Notes under the pieces: model-generated
Told to the model about the DNA's origin: nothing
Seen by the model: the letters and a program-made list of their open reading frames with translations, nothing else
Databases searched by the model: none
Shown here: piece after piece, positions 7,789 to 18,300 of the stretch
Layout of the letters: each line of letters begins with the position of its first letter
How positions within the stretch are numbered: position 1 is the stretch's first letter
NCBI GenBank assembly: GCA_017502425.1
Contig: JAFVVB010000186.1
Location: forward strand, 1-35,085
DNA: 35,085 nucleotides
Source of the DNA: Ruminococcus sp.
GTDB lineage: Bacteria > Bacillota > Clostridia > Oscillospirales > Acutalibacteraceae
Reading direction: 5' to 3'
Translations under genes and position numbers: made by a program

Positions 7789-8745
7789 TTATCCAATATA
7801 TTTTAGAACTTGGGCCATTGTAGTTCCATTTTCATTATAGAAAACGAAGGTATAATAACCCGGATATTTTATATTGTGTGGCGATGGAGAGTAATTAGCA
7901 TACACCGTATTACCGGATATTTTTATAATATCTGCATGGTGCTGTGCCGAATACAGATTTTCACTTCCGATAACATTACCGCTAGGAGTAACTATCTTAC
8001 AGAAAACCAATGAATTTTTTCCCAGAAGATTTTTACTGAACGTTACATCAACCGATACTTCTAAATCAGGATTAATCGTAGGTGTAACGATAGGACCAAA
8101 GCTTTCTTCCGTAGATTCTTCCGAAGATTCTTCCGACCAGTCTTCCCTAGATTCTTCAGAAGATTCGTCAATAGATGGCGGTGGACCTTCAGTTGCCTCA
8201 GTTGATTCATCAATAGGTGGAATCGGATCTTCAGTGGATTCTGAACCTGATTCTTTAGTTTCTTCTGTCGGCTCAGTAACTTCAGTAGGTGCATTAGGTA
8301 ATGAAGGTTTAAAATCAGGTTTTAGTGTTTCCTTAGGTTCTGTTTCCACAGGACGTGTCGGACCTATAATGCTGCCCTTTTCAGTAGGAATAATCACTAA
8401 TCTGCCGTCAACAGTAGTTTCATATACATAACCGTACCCAGAATTAGTTTCTATCACACGACCATCTTTTGTGGTTGGTGGTATTTTTTCGTCATACTCG
8501 CTACTGCTTTTACTTTCAATATCCGGATTATCAGGTTTTACTTGTAGATTATCATCACGCATAAGTACCATGAAAATACTCAGCGCAAGTACTATTACTG
8601 TACACGCTACCGCACCGATAGTACGCATATGCTTAATAAAGAAAATCGGTTTTTCTTTTTTCGGAGGTTTTTGCACATTTAAAGCGCCGTCAATCCATTC
8701 CTGCGGAACTTTAAACTGAGAAATAGAGTTGAAATTCTTCTTCAT
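7789..8745 (-). CDS. Putative anti-sigma factor 3 (TM helix, P/T/E/S stalk, C-terminal extracellular domain)
   Basis: ATGA overlap with sigma 3. N-terminus MKKNFNSISQFKVPQEWIDGA; C-terminal PGYYTFVFYNENG motif shared with the paralogs. Confidence 0.8.
   Translation of the reverse strand: MKKNFNSISQFKVPQEWIDGALNVQKPPKKEKPIFFIKHMRTIGAVACTVIVLALSIFMVLMRDDNLQVKPDNPDIESKSSSEYDEKIPPTTKDGRVIETNSGYGYVYETTVDGRLVIIPTEKGSIIGPTRPVETEPKETLKPDFKPSLPNAPTEVTEPTEETKESGSESTEDPIPPIDESTEATEGPPPSIDESSEESREDWSEESSEESTEESFGPIVTPTINPDLEVSVDVTFSKNLLGKNSLVFCKIVTPSGNVIGSENLYSAQHHADIIKISGNTVYANYSPSPHNIKYPGYYTFVFYNENGTTMAQVLKYIG
8104..8175. repeat. Six degenerate 12-bp tandem repeats encoding S/E-rich tetrapeptides in the anti-sigma 3 stalk
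   Basis: Units TTCTTCCGTAGA, TTCTTCCGAAGA, TTCTTCCGACCA, GTCTTCCCTAGA, TTCTTCAGAAGA, TTCGTCAATAGA. Confidence 0.75.
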
Positions 8746-9233
8746 ATACCATCACCTCCGTAAACGCTCTTGAGTTTATCAATTCCTCGTTTGAGCAGAG
8801 TTCTGATAGTATTAGGATTCTTTCCTAAAATCTCACCAATTTCTTTTGAGTTGTACTGCTCACAGTAACGTAAGTACAGCACATCACGATATTTATCATC
8901 GAGTTGCATAAGTGCCCATGAAATATCGTCTTTATCGTCATCGGGGAAGATGATGGCATTATTCTGAGATATTTTATCAAGGGAGATGAGGCGACGGTTT
9001 TTGCGGCGCATATTACTGCACTCGTTAATTGCTACTCGTATGAGCCACGCTTTTAAGTGGTTTTTATCGCTGAATTCAGGGGATTTTTCAAACAGCTTCA
9101 TAAAAGTATTCTGGAAACAATCCTGTGCGTCAGCATGATTTGTAATATGTAGAACACATACCGATGCTACTGTCTGAAAGTAGTTTTCTACTACTTGCTC
9201 ATACGTCAGCCCGGCATACAGAGCATCTGCCAT
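8742..9233 (-). CDS. ECF sigma factor 3
   Basis: DAQDCFQNTF...HLKAWLIRVAINEC; EIGEILGKNPNTIRTLLKRG. Confidence 0.93.
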   Translation of the reverse strand: MADALYAGLTYEQVVENYFQTVASVCVLHITNHADAQDCFQNTFMKLFEKSPEFSDKNHLKAWLIRVAINECSNMRRKNRRLISLDKISQNNAIIFPDDDKDDISWALMQLDDKYRDVLYLRYCEQYNSKEIGEILGKNPNTIRTLLKRGIDKLKSVYGGDGI

Positions 9234-9244
9234 CTAATCCCCCC

Positions 9245-9281
9245 TTATATATAAAACACTTAAGAACGCTAAAGTGTTTCA
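9245..9281 (-). promoter_or_regulatory. Putative autoregulatory ECF promoter of sigma 3
   Basis: Minus strand TGAAAC-N16-GTGTTTTATATATAA before RBS AAGGGGGG. Confidence 0.65.
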
Positions 9282-9319
9282 GCTTTTTTCAAATTTTTAC
9301 ATTTTTTTCAAAATAAATG

Positions 9320-9353
9320 AAAAGTACCGACGAAACATCTCGTCGGCACTTTT
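9320..9353 (-). terminator. Intrinsic terminator ending the gyrA-lipoprotein unit
   Basis: Minus-strand stem AAAAGTGCCGACGA/TCGTCGGTACTTTT; the G-U pair forms only on the minus strand. Confidence 0.85.
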
Positions 9354-9355
9354 AG

Positions 9356-10099
9356 TTATTCTTTATCAAAGCGAGCTGATTCTTCATATTTAGTATAGTC
9401 TATGAGCTCCCACTCAGTGAGTATCTCGTCTTTACACGGAGATGTCATAAACAGTACTACTGAACCTTCTTCGCCTTCTGCTTTGCTGAGATTCATCATA
9501 TATACACCATTATTATAGAAAAAGCCTTTCTCGCTTTTTGCACTATCAAAAAAGATATAGTATAAAAACTCGAGTGCATCTTCTTCATAGCCTCCTGCTA
9601 CCATCGAAATAATAGCAGCAGTGAGCATAATAGTATACTGATACTCAGCGTCCGCTTCCACAAACTGTGAGTATGATGTGCCACATCCTAAGTTCATCAC
9701 TTTTCCTGACTCGTTTTCTACCGCCGCTGTTATAGTGAGCGTATCAGTAGCATAGTAGTAGGAAGAGTATTTTATTCCGTTATCATCAACCAGATTGTCA
9801 GCCATTTTGACCCAGTTTTTAAAATCAAAATGCTCTTTAACTTCGCTTTTAGCAAGTTTTGCACTCGCACTATTGAGCTTTTCGTTAAACTCTTCCAGCG
9901 TAAAAATATATCTCGCACCTAAGTTATTCTCACTTTTTTCCCACATCAGCTTAGTAGGAGCAGGAAAATCTAACTTTTTAGCTGATACTTCTGCTTCATT
10001 TTCTGCATTGATGACTGTTTTATCAGAACTTACTTTATTACACGCGCACAGTGACAACACCATAATCAAAGTAATAATTAAGCATAAAAATCTTTTCAT
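9356..10099 (-). CDS. Lipoprotein of unknown function
   Basis: Signal peptide II with lipobox: MKRFLCLIITLIMVLSLCA-C. RBS AAGGA. Confidence 0.8.
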   Translation of the reverse strand: MKRFLCLIITLIMVLSLCACNKVSSDKTVINAENEAEVSAKKLDFPAPTKLMWEKSENNLGARYIFTLEEFNEKLNSASAKLAKSEVKEHFDFKNWVKMADNLVDDNGIKYSSYYYATDTLTITAAVENESGKVMNLGCGTSYSQFVEADAEYQYTIMLTAAIISMVAGGYEEDALEFLYYIFFDSAKSEKGFFYNNGVYMMNLSKAEGEEGSVVLFMTSPCKDEILTEWELIDYTKYEESARFDKE

Positions 10100-10136
10100 A
10101 GTGAATTCCTTTTAAAAAGAGATTATATACTGATGC

Positions 10137-12692
10137 TTATTCAGCACTAGTTTCTTCTGATACTTCGTTTTCGGTACTTTCAGACTCTGATGATTCAGCT
10201 TCTTCGCTTTCGTCCTCGTGAGGAACTGAAGCGATAGTAACTACTTCATTATCGTCTTTGATTTTCATCACAGTAACACCCTTACTAGGACGAGCACAGG
10301 TACGGATAGTGTCCGCCTTGATACGGATGATAACACCGTTATCAGAAATGATGATAATATCATCATCTAAAGATACAACACTAAGTGCTGCAACTTCGCC
10401 ATATTTATCAACGTGATAGTTAGTAAGACCCTTACCACCACGGCTCTGAGTACGATAGTCAGATGGTAACGATAATCTACCGTAACCGGTAGAAGATACG
10501 GTAAGAACATATCCGTCTTCATCGATAACGCTCATACCGACAATATAATCGTTTTCTTTGAGTTTCATCGCTTTGACACCACGTGCCTGACGACCCATCG
10601 GACGAACGTCGTTTTCATTGAAACGAATAGCCATACCAAGTCTGGTCGCAATAATAACGTCATCGTTTCCGTCGGTCATCTTAACCCACGCAAGCTCGTC
10701 GCCTTCATTTAAATCAAGTGCGATAAGTCCGCCTTTTCGAGCTGTGTTATATGCATTGAGCTCAATACGTTTCACTATACCATGTTTAGTTACCATAACA
10801 AGGTATTTATCCTCATCAAACTCAGGCACTCTGATCATAGAAGTAACTTTTTCATCGGTGGAAATAGGCAGTAAGTTAGCGATATTCATACCCTTTGACT
10901 GACGTGAAGTCTCAGGAATTTCATAGCATTTATGTCTGTAAACTCTGCCTTTATCAGTAAAGAATAAGATATAGTCGTGAGAGTTAGAAATAAACATCTC
11001 GGTTGCAATATCGTCTTCTTTTCTGCTCATACCGGATACGCCTCGTCCGCCTCTGCGCTGGAGTTTATATGTATCTTCAGCAAGACGTTTTATGTAACCG
11101 AACTTAGTCATAGTAACTACGCAATCTTCCTTAGGAATGAGGTCTTCTATATCAACCTCACCGCTGATAGCACAGATTTCTGTTCTACGTGGGTCAGCGT
11201 ATTTATTTCTGACTGCAATAGCCTCTTCTTTAACGAGTTCGAGCTTTCTGGTTTCAGAAGCAAGAATCTCATTATACTCAGCAATTTTCTTAGCTAACGC
11301 TGCGATTTCGTCTTCAATTTTAGTGCGTTCCATATTAGTGAGCTGGCCTAAACGCATTGATACGATAGCGTGTGCCTGAGCATCATCGAGATTAAATCTT
11401 TCCATAAGACCGAGTTTAGCAGATGACTGGTCTTTTGATTTACGGATAATAGCGATAACTTCATCGATATTATCAATAGCTACTTTAAGTCCTTCTAAAA
11501 TATGTGCACGCTCTTTAGCTTTTCTTAAATCGTAGATTGTACGACGTGTAATTACATCAACCTGATGGTCAATGTAGTGCTGGAGCATTTCTTTTAATGT
11601 AAGGACTTTAGGCTCGCCATTAACGATAGCGAGCATAATGCAACCGAAAGTAGACTGCAACTGAGTGAGCATAAACAGCTGGTTTAATACTACCTGCGGA
11701 GAAGCTTCTCTCTTTATGTCAATTTCGATATGCATACCATTTCTGTCGGAATGGTCTTCTATATTAGAAATACCGTCGATACGCTTATCCTTAACGAGTT
11801 CAGCGATATTTTCAATAAGTCTTGCTTTATTTACAACATATGGAAGTTCAGTAACAATAATTTTGAATCTGCCGTTTTTAGCTTCAACTATTTCAGTCTT
11901 AGCTCTTACTATGATTTTACCTCTACCAGTAGCGTACGCTGCTCTGATACCGGAGCGACCCATAATAATACCACCGGTCGGAAAATCCGGACCCGGCATA
12001 CATTCCATAATCTCGGCAACTTCAGCGTCAGGGTTATCTATGAGAAGACACATAGCATCAACCGCTTCGCCTAAATTATGCGGTGGAATATTAGTAGCCA
12101 TACCGACAGCGATACCTGAAGAACCGTTTACAAGCAGGTTAGGAAATCTACTAGGAAGTACAGTAGGCTCTTTTAAACGGTCGTCGAAGTTAGGCATAAA
12201 ATCAACGGTTTCCTTATCAATATCGGTAACCATTTCGAGCGAAATTTTAGATAATTTAGACTCGGTATAACGATATGCAGCAGGTGGGTCACCGTCAACA
12301 GAACCAAAGTTACCGTGACCATCAACGAGCATATATCTCATAGAGAAGTCCTGCGCAAGTCTTACCATAGCATCGTATACTGAAGAGTCGCCGTGTGGGT
12401 GATATTTACCCAGCACGTTACCGACAGTATCCGCACATTTACGATATGGTTTATTAGGTTCGAGTCCGTTTTCAAACATAGTGTAAAGAATACGGCGATG
12501 AACCGGTTTCAGACCATCTCTAACATCAGGAAGCGCACGAGAAACTATAACACTCATAGAGTAGTCAAGGAAGGATTTTCTCATTTCGCGGTTGATATCA
12601 ACGTCTATTACTTTACCGACAGTGCTCTGTACTACATTATCGGTGTTTTCATTCATATTATTTAAATTCTTTTCGTTATCCAAATTGTACAC
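10137..12692 (-). CDS. gyrA: DNA gyrase subunit A
   Basis: [30 protein letters not shown] (catalytic Tyr) and GyrA-box QRRGGRG. Confidence 0.98.
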   Translation of the reverse strand: MYNLDNEKNLNNMNENTDNVVQSTVGKVIDVDINREMRKSFLDYSMSVIVSRALPDVRDGLKPVHRRILYTMFENGLEPNKPYRKCADTVGNVLGKYHPHGDSSVYDAMVRLAQDFSMRYMLVDGHGNFGSVDGDPPAAYRYTESKLSKISLEMVTDIDKETVDFMPNFDDRLKEPTVLPSRFPNLLVNGSSGIAVGMATNIPPHNLGEAVDAMCLLIDNPDAEVAEIMECMPGPDFPTGGIIMGRSGIRAAYATGRGKIIVRAKTEIVEAKNGRFKIIVTELPYVVNKARLIENIAELVKDKRIDGISNIEDHSDRNGMHIEIDIKREASPQVVLNQLFMLTQLQSTFGCIMLAIVNGEPKVLTLKEMLQHYIDHQVDVITRRTIYDLRKAKERAHILEGLKVAIDNIDEVIAIIRKSKDQSSAKLGLMERFNLDDAQAHAIVSMRLGQLTNMERTKIEDEIAALAKKIAEYNEILASETRKLELVKEEAIAVRNKYADPRRTEICAISGEVDIEDLIPKEDCVVTMTKFGYIKRLAEDTYKLQRRGGRGVSGMSRKEDDIATEMFISNSHDYILFFTDKGRVYRHKCYEIPETSRQSKGMNIANLLPISTDEKVTSMIRVPEFDEDKYLVMVTKHGIVKRIELNAYNTARKGGLIALDLNEGDELAWVKMTDGNDDVIIATRLGMAIRFNENDVRPMGRQARGVKAMKLKENDYIVGMSVIDEDGYVLTVSSTGYGRLSLPSDYRTQSRGGKGLTNYHVDKYGEVAALSVVSLDDDIIIISDNGVIIRIKADTIRTCARPSKGVTVMKIKDDNEVVTIASVPHEDESEEAESSESESTENEVSEETSAE

Positions 12693-12741
12693 CTTCTAAT
12701 AAACTTTCTTTTTTTATAAAGTAGCCAAATTTATTATCCGA

Positions 12742-14748
<2,007 letters not shown>

Positions 14749-14795
14749 CTAAAATTTATTTTATATAATTAACTATTTTAAGTAACTCTTAAAAA

Positions 14796-15383
14796 TCAAA
14801 ATTTTTTCAGATTTTTAACTGGCATAGTTGCATCCATATTTTTATTACTTGAAATGTTATCAAATTTAGAAAAACTTTTTGTGTCACCCGAAGACGAGTC
14901 TTCAACTATTTTTCTCTCTTCTTTGATAGCATTAAATACATCTTTATTGATGACAGGTTTATTTTCGTCAGTCAAAACTACATCATCAACAAATGTAGGT
15001 ACAACACGTGATGTTTTAGCAACTGTCGGATCAGGATCAACGATAGGACTTTCTATGATTCCCGTATCATATAAAACGTCCATATGTTTTTTACGAGGTT
15101 TCAATACCACAAAAAACGGTGTTAAAAAGTAAAATACAATGAACGGAACTGCTACAAAAAGCATAAACCAAATATTTGTTTTATCTGTTGCAATTAAAAA
15201 TACCGCTAAAATAAGTAAGGATAATACTAAAGTAAACAAAAACGGAATTAATAATGTCTTTTTTATAAGAATATTCGATTCTTTTTTACATTTATTGCAG
15301 TAATACTCTCCTCGGCTGCGCATAATAAAAGCCTGCATAAAAGTAAGTTGCTTACCGCAGTATGGACATTTAGTAATTTTCAT
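14796..15383 (-). CDS. CxxC-x19-CxxC zinc-finger, two-TM membrane protein
   Basis: Start reassigned to ATG 15383 (ATGA overlap with the remB stop, RBS AAAGGA). CPYC...CNKC followed by two hydrophobic helices and a soluble tail. Confidence 0.75.
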   Translation of the reverse strand: MKITKCPYCGKQLTFMQAFIMRSRGEYYCNKCKKESNILIKKTLLIPFLFTLVLSLLILAVFLIATDKTNIWFMLFVAVPFIVFYFLTPFFVVLKPRKKHMDVLYDTGIIESPIVDPDPTVAKTSRVVPTFVDDVVLTDENKPVINKDVFNAIKEERKIVEDSSSGDTKSFSKFDNISSNKNMDATMPVKNLKKF

Positions 15384-15646
15384 AGATGTGCGTCCTTTCG
15401 TGATAACAATCTTTTTTGAATAGTTTTTGACGATAGCTGACAAATATATATTTTCTGTCCTTTTTCGTCATTACACAGAATAAATGATTTAGGAAGTTCG
15501 TATGACACAGTAAAAGCTTCCTTGTTTTTTTCACACATACTCAGATAATTTCTGGTGTGCTTTGAAACTGTTGAAGTATCCAAATCAAATATTCCTATTA
15601 TGTCATCGGTTTTAATAACCGTTTCATTACCTAAGTGTAAGTACAT
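15380..15646 (-). CDS. remB: RemB / YaaB (DUF370) family protein
   Basis: MYLHLG...DIIGIFDLD...PKSFIL...LSSKTIQKR, located between recF and gyrB. Confidence 0.9.
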   Translation of the reverse strand: MYLHLGNETVIKTDDIIGIFDLDTSTVSKHTRNYLSMCEKNKEAFTVSYELPKSFILCNDEKGQKIYICQLSSKTIQKRLLSRKDAHL

Positions 15647-16743
15647 TACTTCACTTCTCCATCGTTTATATAGAAGATTTTACCTGATTTTAATTGTTCT
15701 TTATTTGATTCCTCACAGCAAGTAACAAATACCTGATATGAATCAACTTTATTAAGCAGAAAATCCTGACGTTTTGTATCAAGCTCAGATAAAACATCAT
15801 CGAGTAAAATAACCGGCTTTTCTGAATTTTTTTCATAAAGCATCTGAGCCTGAGCAAGTTTTAGTGATAGCACTGCTGAACGTTGCTGTCCTTGAGAGCC
15901 GAAAGTTTTAGCAGATATACCATTGATTTTTATATCCATATCATCTCTGTGAGGACCTATATTCGTATATCCTGTGTGGTAATCTTCATTTCTGGATTTT
16001 TTATAAGCATTGCTCAGTTTTTCTTTAATTTCATCAATGCTGTCATCTTCAGTAATATTGCAGTTAGAAATATATTCTATATCTAAAATCTCTTTGGAAT
16101 TTGAAATATCCTCGTGAAATTTCTGAGCATATATTTTCAGATTTTTTATATACTCCATACGCTCTTTCAAAATAATAGCGGCAGTGACACACAAAGAGTC
16201 ATCCCATATAGGCAAAGTGTCTTTTAATTCTTTGTGTTTGAATATATCTTTTAACAGCGCGTTTCTCTGATTAATAATCTGGTTATATTTAGATAAACAT
16301 GAAGCGTATTTTATGCGTTGCTGAGAAAGTGCACCGTCTAAAAATTTTCTTCTCATTGACGGACCTCTTTTGACTAATGTCATATTCTCAGGTGAAAAAA
16401 CCACGCATGAAAAAATCTCGGTAAGATATGAAGACGAACTTTTTTCTACGCCATTGATTTTTATTCTCTTTTTATTCTGAAAAAATGAAATTTCAGCGTT
16501 TTGATCTCTTTCATATGAATGAAAATCCATGCTTAGTTTAAAAAAACTGTCATCAAAGCTGATTAATTCGTTTTCTTTAGCGCCTCTGAACGAATGACCA
16601 CCACAAAAAAGCCATATAGCTTCCAGTAAATTAGTTTTACCCTGAGCGTTATCACCGTAAATCACATTAACTTTTTCACATGGATTTATCTCACCGTTTG
16701 AAAGATTTCTGAAATTCTCAAATTTAAGTTTATTGATTATCAA
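15646..16743 (-). CDS. recF: DNA replication/repair protein RecF
   Basis: NFRN, Walker A GDNAQGKTNLLEA, GPHRDD, GSQGQQRS, LLDDVLSELD. Confidence 0.97.
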   Translation of the reverse strand: MIINKLKFENFRNLSNGEINPCEKVNVIYGDNAQGKTNLLEAIWLFCGGHSFRGAKENELISFDDSFFKLSMDFHSYERDQNAEISFFQNKKRIKINGVEKSSSSYLTEIFSCVVFSPENMTLVKRGPSMRRKFLDGALSQQRIKYASCLSKYNQIINQRNALLKDIFKHKELKDTLPIWDDSLCVTAAIILKERMEYIKNLKIYAQKFHEDISNSKEILDIEYISNCNITEDDSIDEIKEKLSNAYKKSRNEDYHTGYTNIGPHRDDMDIKINGISAKTFGSQGQQRSAVLSLKLAQAQMLYEKNSEKPVILLDDVLSELDTKRQDFLLNKVDSYQVFVTCCEESNKEQLKSGKIFYINDGEVK

Positions 16744-16958
16744 TCTGCTTTTACCTCAATAACTCTGTTTTCAAACTGTGCTGTATCACCATCACGCATT
16801 TTTTTACCGCGCATGGTACAAATTTCACCATTGACTTTAATTTCACCATTTTGAATCAGAAACTTAGCCTGACCACCAGTAGGGGCTATTCCTGCAAATT
16901 TAATTAAATTATCAAGTCTGATGAATTCTTCATTTATATTAATTATCTCTTTTTGCAT
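16740..16958 (-). CDS. yaaA: S4-domain RNA-binding protein YaaA
   Basis: EFIRLDNLIKFAG...TGGQAK...VNGEICTMRGKK, located between dnaN and recF; likely start ATG 16958. Confidence 0.9.
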   Translation of the reverse strand: MQKEIININEEFIRLDNLIKFAGIAPTGGQAKFLIQNGEIKVNGEICTMRGKKMRDGDTAQFENRVIEVKAD

Positions 16959-16959
16959 A

Positions 16960-18066
16960 TCAGCCCTCATTAGATAATCTCATAGGTACTACTAAGAAAG
17001 TAAAGCTATCACTATTAACAGGTTTAACAATCATAGGAGCGAGAGAACCGTTTAAAATAAGCTTAATTTCGTCTGTATCGCTATTTTTGAGTGCATCGAG
17101 TAAATATTTATTATTAAATCCTATTTCAACGTCTGAACCGATTGTAGACACAGTAAGGACATCATTTGCTTTACCCACGGCAGTAGAACATGAAAGTTTA
17201 ATCTGATCTGATGTGATAGACATTCTTACAGGAGACTGGATTTTTTCGTTAGTCAAAAGTGACATTCTATCAACTGCACTTGATAAAAGACGTGTGTTAA
17301 TAACAAGTTCAGTCTGAGCAGTTTTAGGAACTGTTGTTTTATAATCAAGGAAGTTACCCTCGATAAGACGAGAAATAATGCTATAATTTTCGATTTTAAA
17401 ACTGATGTGTCTCTGACCTACTATAATTTCAACATCTTTTTCATCGTCTGTGATAAGTTTTAAAATCTCACCCTGAGTTTTACCAGGTACTACAAATTTA
17501 TTCTTGCTGTCAGAATCGATATTTTCCTCTCTGATAGCCATTCTGTAACCATCAACAGATACTACTCTCAAAATTTTATCTTCAATTTCAAAAAGTGAGC
17601 CTGTGTAGATAGGTTTAGCCATATTATCAGATACAGCAAAAATAGTCTGCTTTATCATATTTTTGAGTATCTCAGATTTAACAACGATATTATCGGTCTG
17701 TTCAAAAGAAGGAAGTTCAGGATACTCGTTTGATGAAATACCGACTATCTGATAATCAGCCTGACCACTTGTGATATATGTGATAAGTCTCTCGTCGGTT
17801 TCGATACATACAACTTCTTCAGGAAGCTTTCTTACAATGTCTGAGAAAAGTTTAGCAGAAACAACTATTTCGCCTTCTTCATTTATAGTTGCTTCCATAT
17901 TGGTAGTGATACCGATTTCAAGGTCATATCCAGATAAAACTAACTGACCGCTGTATGCTTTAATTAAAATACCTTCGAGTGCTGGAATTGAAGCTTTTGA
18001 AGAAACAGCTCTTTGTACGTTAGATACGGCTGTTGCAAGTTCTGAACGTAAACAAGTAAATTTCAT
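16960..18066 (-). CDS. dnaN: DNA polymerase III beta sliding clamp
   Basis: 368 aa; DLEIGI, VSVDGYRMA, SRLIEGNF, IGFNNKYLLD, LVVPMR. Confidence 0.98.
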   Translation of the reverse strand: MKFTCLRSELATAVSNVQRAVSSKASIPALEGILIKAYSGQLVLSGYDLEIGITTNMEATINEEGEIVVSAKLFSDIVRKLPEEVVCIETDERLITYITSGQADYQIVGISSNEYPELPSFEQTDNIVVKSEILKNMIKQTIFAVSDNMAKPIYTGSLFEIEDKILRVVSVDGYRMAIREENIDSDSKNKFVVPGKTQGEILKLITDDEKDVEIIVGQRHISFKIENYSIISRLIEGNFLDYKTTVPKTAQTELVINTRLLSSAVDRMSLLTNEKIQSPVRMSITSDQIKLSCSTAVGKANDVLTVSTIGSDVEIGFNNKYLLDALKNSDTDEIKLILNGSLAPMIVKPVNSDSFTFLVVPMRLSNEG

Positions 18067-18300
18067 TTTTTTATCCTTTCATCTAATCAAATGATTAATA
18101 TATATATTTAGAGTAGTTATAGTAGTGAGTGTTAATATGTTAACTTCTAAAATTATGTAGTGTCTGTCCCATATTCTGATATTTAATTCTCAATAAAAAA
18201 TATTGAAAACTAATAATATCTAAAAAAATAATTCAGATTATCAACATAATGTTAAAATATGTGAAGTTAATGTGGAAGAAAATATATGAAAACTTTTATA
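18067..18300. other. oriC: oriC unwinding region (dnaA-dnaN intergenic): AT-rich cluster, DnaA-trios, degenerate DnaA boxes
   Basis: Minus strand reads box-like AAGTTAACA/ATATTAACA, then CACTACTATAACTACTCTA (trio-like, ~18109-18127), then AATATATATATTAAT. This is the same order as the Bacillus subtilis basal unwinding system. Gene orientation flips nearby at dnaA/rpmH. Confidence 0.85.

Noticed and set aside
8104-8175. CRISPR-like repeats
   Set aside because: 12-bp contiguous in-frame coding repeats with no spacers and no cas genes.
2879-9233. Assignment as sigma-I/RsgI
   Set aside because: The sigmas are ~160-aa two-domain ECFs, not the longer SigI type, and the partners lack the RsgI periplasmic domain and recognisable CBMs. 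Only the architecture is analogous.
2845-9353. Integron-like cassette array or mobile island (genes separated by palindromes)
   Set aside because: No integrase, recombinase or transposase in the window. The hairpins have A/U tails typical of intrinsic terminators and lack attC-type R-box structure.
10618-12665. Plus-strand ORFs up to 201 aa opposite gyrA
   Set aside because: Antisense shadows of a conserved, codon-biased gene, with no recognisable motifs.
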